In this document: positions 57,726 through 64,000 of the stretch, piece after piece
Position numbering within the stretch: the stretch's first letter is position 1
Layout: each line of letters begins with the position of its first letter
NCBI RefSeq assembly: GCF_009914755.1
Contig: NC_060926.1
Length of the DNA stretch: 64,000 nt
Source of the DNA: the human T2T-CHM13v2.0 reference genome, Homo sapiens
Direction: 5' to 3' (one strand)
The notes under the pieces: model-generated
What the model was told of the DNA's origin: nothing
The model's database searches: none
The model's input: the letters and a program-made list of their open reading frames with translations, nothing else
Translations under genes and position numbers: made by a program

Positions 57726-58156
57726 TGTGATGGGTCTGAAATTTTGCCCTGTGTGCAAGTTAATGTGTTAGCTTGACATCATTTCATAAATGCTGAAGAA
57801 AATAGAAAACTTCATGGTCAGGGACAGGTAATGTGTTATTTCCAATAACAACAGTAACCAATGTATCAGCATTTTGAGGCTTGTCCTCTGAGCCATAATC
57901 CCCTCAGGGTAATCCTAAGGGGGCAGGTGCACATGCAGTGGTTTTCATTATAGAAGAGGATCTGGGAGCTTCATAAACCTGAATCTTTTCTAACAGGCAG
58001 TAAATATACCTGGCTTTTGCTCCGGAAGGAAGCACCATCTCTATCTTCCCAAAGCGGTTTGCTGCCCAATGTCTTTGGAAAGATAGTACAGAATATATGT
58101 AGCCAGTGCCTCACCCACAGGAATGTGAGAGCCTCAGGAAGAATTGTCTTGCAACA
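57726..58156 (-). mobile_element. LTR40-type ERVL solo LTR
   Basis: Minus strand tgttgcaagacaattctt...gaagatagagatggtgcttccttccggagcaaaagccagg...ca. Confidence 0.78.
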
Positions 58157-60720
58157 TTGACAGCTATGCCAAATAATAATTTATCTGTTTTCAATCACTA
58201 TAGCTTATCGATATGTCTATGGCCAATGGATGCATTCTTTTTTCTTTTCAATCAATGAAGAAACAGCACTGAAAATGCATTGATTTTTAAATAGCATATA
58301 TTTATTACTATAAAATGACCTATACAACCCTTTAAAAGAACAAAACACATGTAGCAGTGAGTTTTTAAAAATGTATTATCTGAAAATGTTATAAAAGGGA
58401 ACTGAAAATGTTATGTGGACTAGATAGTTTTTATGGTCTGACTGCCCTTCCTTTTCTTTTATTAAAGTTATACTATTTTTAACAACACGACACAGCAACA
58501 ACAAACTCAGGATTTCCCCATTTTTCCTTAGTCTCATAAAGCATTCAATTACATTTCTTTTATCTTCATGTAGTTACCCAAATCAACACCTTGGTGTCAA
58601 GTGTCTAGGGCTGAAAATTTTCCTCAATGGTTTTGCAGATGTTATGTATTCACTATGAATTTTAATGGTAGATATCATTGCACTTACACAACAAGAACTA
58701 AACAGAAACACCATAATTGAATTGAAACAAAAAGCAAGTAGGATTTAGAAACAAAACATCTTAAGGGTGAAAGCCAGTCCCTTGAACACATTTGAGAAAG
58801 TGACAATTTTAATTAGGAACACACATTGTAGTTCAGGGAACACTGGCACTTCAACTAACACAATTGCAAAGACAAAACACCTCATTGTATGATCTGATGT
58901 CTTCATAGCTGAGAAGAAACATCTTACATTTTATACCGAATAGGACGGGTGTTCTTTACTTGGCATCTGATGTCTTTCACTAAGCAGTGGGTCAATAGCG
59001 CAAATCAAGTATAACATATCTTGCTGCTGATAGCAACTTCTGAAATATCTTATAATAATGCTATATTTAGAAACCACCTTGCAAATGGAAGGGTCTTGAG
59101 GGATTTTAAAAAACTTTGACAACCAATTTACAATATACGTATTATAGGAATGACATTGCTTGCTTCTGGAATACTGACATCTCTTGGGTGAAACATGACA
59201 AGTGATTAACAGAGTACAGCAACATTGCCAAGTGGCATAGAATTTTCCCCACTTAGTGGAAGCTGGGGAGGAGGGATCTTAAGATAGACAGAATATATGT
59301 TAACAATTAGTGGTTGGCTAACGCACTGGGGTTAACATTCTTACTTTTGAAAGTTGTCACAATTTTAATAAGCACAAAGAGCATTGAGCTCTTAAAAATA
59401 GAGTCTGTTATAGAATGTATATCAAATAAATCAGAATTTCATTTCACTGAGTCACTAGAATATTGAAACGCAGGTTTAAATTTAAGTGTCTTCTTCTCTG
59501 TTTTCAACCACTTAAAAGATCCGTTTTAGTAGATGGGCTCTTAAGGTGTGTATTGGCAAATGTCCTTTTTCATCAACAATAAAGGTCAACTCAATGAATA
59601 TTTTTAGGCATTTGTAATGTGACAGACACTCTAGAAGGTACTAGGACTATACACATAAATAAGGCACGTATTCTGCGCTTGAAAAATTCATCTCACCTCT
59701 ACATTTTCTTGAAAGTTTTTAATGTTAGGGTGTCCCAGGTATTATTTTAGAAAGCTTTGGGGCAAACATATGTTAAAAATAAATTGATTCAGTTGTAAAA
59801 TGTTAGTATGGATATTTTCAGAAAAAAATTTAATTAGCCTCACTTTTAAAACTATAACAATTACAATATAACTGCAATGTGTATTTTTGACTAGTTATTT
59901 ATTGGGTAGATTTTTAAAGATAAAATATGACATGAACAGTGGCCTATTACATCCTCATAATAAGTATTATAGTACCATAGTAAAAAATAACCAGGATGTA
60001 AAAGGAAATTAGGTGGGGTTTTTTGTAAATCTAATATTAAATAAAGTAGAAACTATTGGTGACATTCATCCTGAGTCTGCTTGAAGATAAAAACATGCTA
60101 AATTAAAATAAATTATTTTTAGTGTATGCAAATGTCAGACAGGAATGCACCTTGCTAAGGCCTCATTCTAAAAGTGCTACTTCTGACTTGATTTACCCAC
60201 TCTGTGAATTCAACATTTGATGGCAATTATATGCTGAATTCATTTGGCTACTAGGGGAGTTTTTTGCTTAAGATTCCATTTAAAAATCACTTATATAGTT
60301 TATTAGGAAAGATTGAGCCTACATTTTAAATGATACATGGGAATATAAAAATAAATAGGACATTTAGCTACACCTAACTATTCCATTCAAGTTTTTTCTT
60401 TGTGTTTTGTCCCTGTGTTTCTGTGTCAGCTGATACTCCTTTACTGTGTTGTGACAGTGATGATTGGAATTAGGGTACTAATTGCAATGAATTCTTAGCA
60501 CTTGCAAGAAATCACTCACTAATTCATCAATAAAAAGGAAGTCTTTGAACCCAGGGAGGAAGAAAAGAATCTTTTGGAATTTATTCTTCTGTCTCCTTCT
60601 ATTATCCTAAGCCCAACTGGTATACTATGTTAACAGGCACTTTCATATCTTTAAGTCACCTGCTTTTGTCTGAAATGTTTGAGATGAGAGAACAAAGGTT
60701 AATCTTTGTGTGATCACAAG

Positions 60721-61166
60721 CGTGCAGGCAAAATTCCCCCTTAATTCCTGGAACCTGTTCATATGTTACTTTACATGGCAAAAAGGGACTCTGCAAATGT
60801 GATTAAGTTAAGCATCTTGAGATGGGGAGATTATCCTGGCTTACTTGGGAGGGCCCAATGTAATGACAACGGTCTCTGTAAGAAGGAGGCTGGAGAGCCT
60901 GAGTCAGAGAAGTTTATGTGGCATGTGTAAAAGGACACTGAAAAAGTTGGAGTGATGCAGCCACAAATCCAAGAATACTGGTAGCCTATAGATGCTGGAA
61001 AAGGCAAGGGGACAGATTCTTCTCTAAAGCATCCAAAAGAAATGTAGCTCAGCCAATATCTTAATGCTAGGACTTCTAACTGGCAGAACTGTAAAATAAT
61101 AGATTTGTCTTATTTTAAGCCAGTGCCTTGGGCTATTTGTAATAGCAGTGACATAAAATCAGTACA
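60721..61166 (+). mobile_element. MLT1D/C-type solo LTR
   Basis: cctggaacctgttcatatgttactttacatggcaaaaagggactctgcaaatgtgattaag...cagaactgtaaaataatagatttgtc...aca. Confidence 0.85.
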
Positions 61167-61169
61167 GCA

Positions 61170-61282
61170 GGCAAAAGGAAGGAAAAAAGTAGAAAGGAAG
61201 GAAGGGGGAAGAAAGGAGGGAAGGAAGGAAGGAAGGAAATAAAGAAGGAAGGAAAGAAAGGAGGGAGGGAGGGAGGAAGGAA
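61170..61282. repeat. (GGAA/GGGA)n purine-rich tract
   Basis: Direct observation. Confidence 0.93.
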
Positions 61283-61920
61283 AATTTGGGTTAAATCTTC
61301 TTTGTTCTTTACCCTGGAAATTCATTCAATATATCAGTCACCTTCTTTTGAAAGAAGGTTCTTATAGTTGCCCAGAGGAGTCTTCATTTCACAAGATTAG
61401 TCACTGAAAGAAATTTCTTGTTTTTAATAATTAGAGAACTGGCCCAGTGTTTAATGGGGACATGGGATTGGTATTTTAGATACCCCTTCCATGAGTCATT
61501 TTTGGACTCATGGAAGTCCAGTCATTCATCCCAACCCATTTGGGATTGCTTGTGGAAAACTGTCCTATGAGTCTAAGACTTAAACACTTTTCAAGAGTAT
61601 ATCTTTCTCCCACCTGTCCCTTGAAAAATCCAGGTAATATAAAATAAAATCGTTGCAAAGTACTGAAATAGTCAAGTTCAAAGTCACAGCCAATTAAAAT
61701 ATGACTCAAATAGAGTTATCACAGAACTGAGTTGCAGACACAACTTTAAAGGCAAGAGCTGCACTTTTTTTTAGCTTAACAATATTAATATTCTAGAGTT
61801 GGGTATTATCATGCCAAAATGGCCTAAAAGATTAATGAGCAACTTCAAAGAATCCTTAGTGACAAAATGAATTTTCTCATTATGTTTTCTTTCTTTTCTT
61901 CTGTGTTTTCCACATCATAG

Positions 61921-62008
61921 TTGAGAGATGCTCAGAGGAACAGAATGCATATACACTTGGCCAGACTTTTCTGTTGTGGATTCTTTGTCTTTGGAAGACT
62001 AGATAAAG
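61921..62008 (+). other. Candidate 88-nt exon (probably non-coding)
   Basis: ttctcat + long pyrimidine tract + TAG| acceptor and AAG|GTAAGA donor; no transcript evidence available. Confidence 0.3.
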
Positions 62009-63219
62009 GTAAGATTAAGTAGTAAATTTTAACACCTGCATCGGGTACTTCCTTCATTGTTTTTCTTTTTTCACTTCCAACTTGAATAATCAAACACTTG
62101 AAGAAAATAGACCATCTTTATTCTCTGGCAAGTTCAACAAATGGGTTTATAAATTACTGAGTGTTTGTACAAATAATCTGAAAATCTGAATGTAGAGCTC
62201 AGCAAAATTTGAAAGTTCTTACTGTGAAAGTTGGCAGTCATTTTCAAACCTTGCAATGTAGAAGATCAGTCTGAATATCTGATTAATATCAATGTATTAT
62301 CAGTTGTTTACTGACTATCATTCACCATGCTGGATGGGAGATGGCAAAGGGAGGTAAGCAGAATAAAAAAATATCCAAATGCAGTGAAGAAACCCTGAAA
62401 AAGTGGACAATGGTAACATTCAGACAAGATGCGGTGATACTAGATGAATAATACATTATTATGGCATGGATACAGCATTGATGATATGGGAGTGGCTATA
62501 GATCCCATACATCACAAATCCTTTTGTTTTTCTTTTGTTTGTTTGTTTCTCAAATTCTATTTTTCTATCATTAGTAAAAAAAAAATAGTGTCAATGTTTT
62601 TGATCATTTATTGTCTTCAGAAAATTTCTTACATATCTAGATTTATTTTAAGAACAATGTTTTCCCAGCTTAGCTTTCTTCTGTTTCCTTAATTTTTTCA
62701 GGTTTAAAAACAGGTTACAAAAGACAATACTTTGCTTTGAGTATTTTGAATAAAGGAAAAGACTTGTATAAAACAAGCTGCTAGATTTTTCTTACAAGCA
62801 GGTGTATGAGGAAGGGACTTCCACTATACACTCATTTGTCTATGTTTACCCAGCTGCCTTTCCTATTTTCTTCCTCCTTTATCTCTGTCTTCTCCTTCTT
62901 CTCTTAGGCTAGGAGTAAGAGTTGTTGAAAAATTTAACACCCTTCCCAGTCTGATTGGAGACATGAGCAATGAGCTGGGGTGATAATAGATTCCTAATCT
63001 TTCAACCCATGAGACAAAGATGTCGAGAAAGCTTTGTAAAAGCTTCGTAAAATAATTGTAAAAGAAAGAAAATTCTAGACGAAAATGCAACTTAGTAATG
63101 ATTTTATGAATCTTGTCAGTGTCCTTTCTGCTCTCCATTTCTCACAAATCTCTATCTCATATAAAAGTGTGTTTTGCTTTAAGACATTCTTTAAGAGGCA
63201 AAGAAAAAGTCAAGTATGG

Positions 63220-63310
63220 GAGAACTAATAAGGAATTTGGTTTCTACTTAGACTTGTTACTAATTGCTGTGTAATCATGGGAAAAATTACTGTTTCTAGT
63301 AAATGGAGTG
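63220..63310 (+). mobile_element. MIR fragment
   Basis: ttactaattgctgtgtaatcatgggaaaaattac...gtaaatggag. Confidence 0.5.
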
Positions 63311-64000
63311 AAAAACCCAGAGACTAATGTTAGTAATCAAATTTAGCATCCTACCTGGATCCAGTTTAAATAATTTACCCATCACCTTGTTTCTAAAGTG
63401 GTTTTATTAGGACCTGAAAGTAACTAGAGGCTCATGAGGATGGAGGTTGAAATTAAATGCACAAATGTATGTTAAATGTATCCATGATATACAATCTCCT
63501 TCAAGAATGCTAGGAATAAAAGCTCATGGAAATAGTCTTTAAAACACCAAAGTATCTTACACATATCAGATTTTTATTTACCTGAGAATTACATTGAAAT
63601 ACTTTTATTTTTCTATTTTTCTTTTTCTTAATATTTTATTAAAGACCAATAAAGACTCTCCTCTCCCACTGCAAATTTTCCAAAACTCTATTCAAAGAGC
63701 TCACATTGCTTCTGTCTAATCTCTTCTTCTTCCTTTTTTTCTTGAATATTTATTCTTCTCTCCAGTAAGTAATCAGCTTTTAAATATAAATCTCTTAGCT
63801 TTTTCAACGACTTTATAGCTACTTCTGCTTCATACTAAGATCCAAAATCTGATAGGCTAACACTGTATCTGAGAAGGTAGTATGCTTGAAAAGAAAGATC
63901 CAGGGAATATCAATGGATTCTCCTTAGTGGGCAGGGGAAGTAGATGCTATAATCACTTAAGCTCTGATCCTTCCCTCCTTCACTCCCTCCCTCCCTCTCT

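Noticed and set aside
58380-58414. 13-bp direct repeat ctgaaaatgttat
   Set aside because: Too short and AT-rich to separate from ordinary slippage.
60724-61176. gcaggcaaaa at both ends of the MLT1D as a long TSD
   Set aside because: The left copy corresponds to the LTR's own 5' sequence; MaLR TSDs are 5 bp.

Overview
AT-rich, repeat-dense, non-coding human genomic DNA (an AluYa5 indicates human; intergenic or deep intronic). I found no host protein-coding exon, RNA gene or CRISPR array. The left 5.1 kb is a young L1PA2/3-type element on the minus strand. Its ORF1 and ORF0 are broken, but its ORF2 reads open for 1048 codons to the window edge with EN and RT catalytic residues intact; the ORF track missed it because there is no stop. 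Other elements: a two-LTR MSTA MaLR, two twin-primed 5'-inverted L1s, a near full-length Charlie3 hAT transposon, a MER52-family solo LTR with a 4-bp TSD, about 10 Alus, MIR/L2/L3/old L1M relics and microsatellites. The most unusual signal is five separate local copy events: fold-back at 13.7 kb, 34 bp at 29.7/30.9 kb, about 204 bp at 46.3 kb, about 190 bp inverted at 53.0/53.6 kb, and 26 bp at 53.9/56.5 kb. There is also a cluster of three short tandem duplications at 25.4-25.7 kb. These look like template-switch repair scars. I do not see a demonstrably new biological system. Repeat subfamily names come from recalled consensus sequences and need Dfam/RepeatMasker confirmation.
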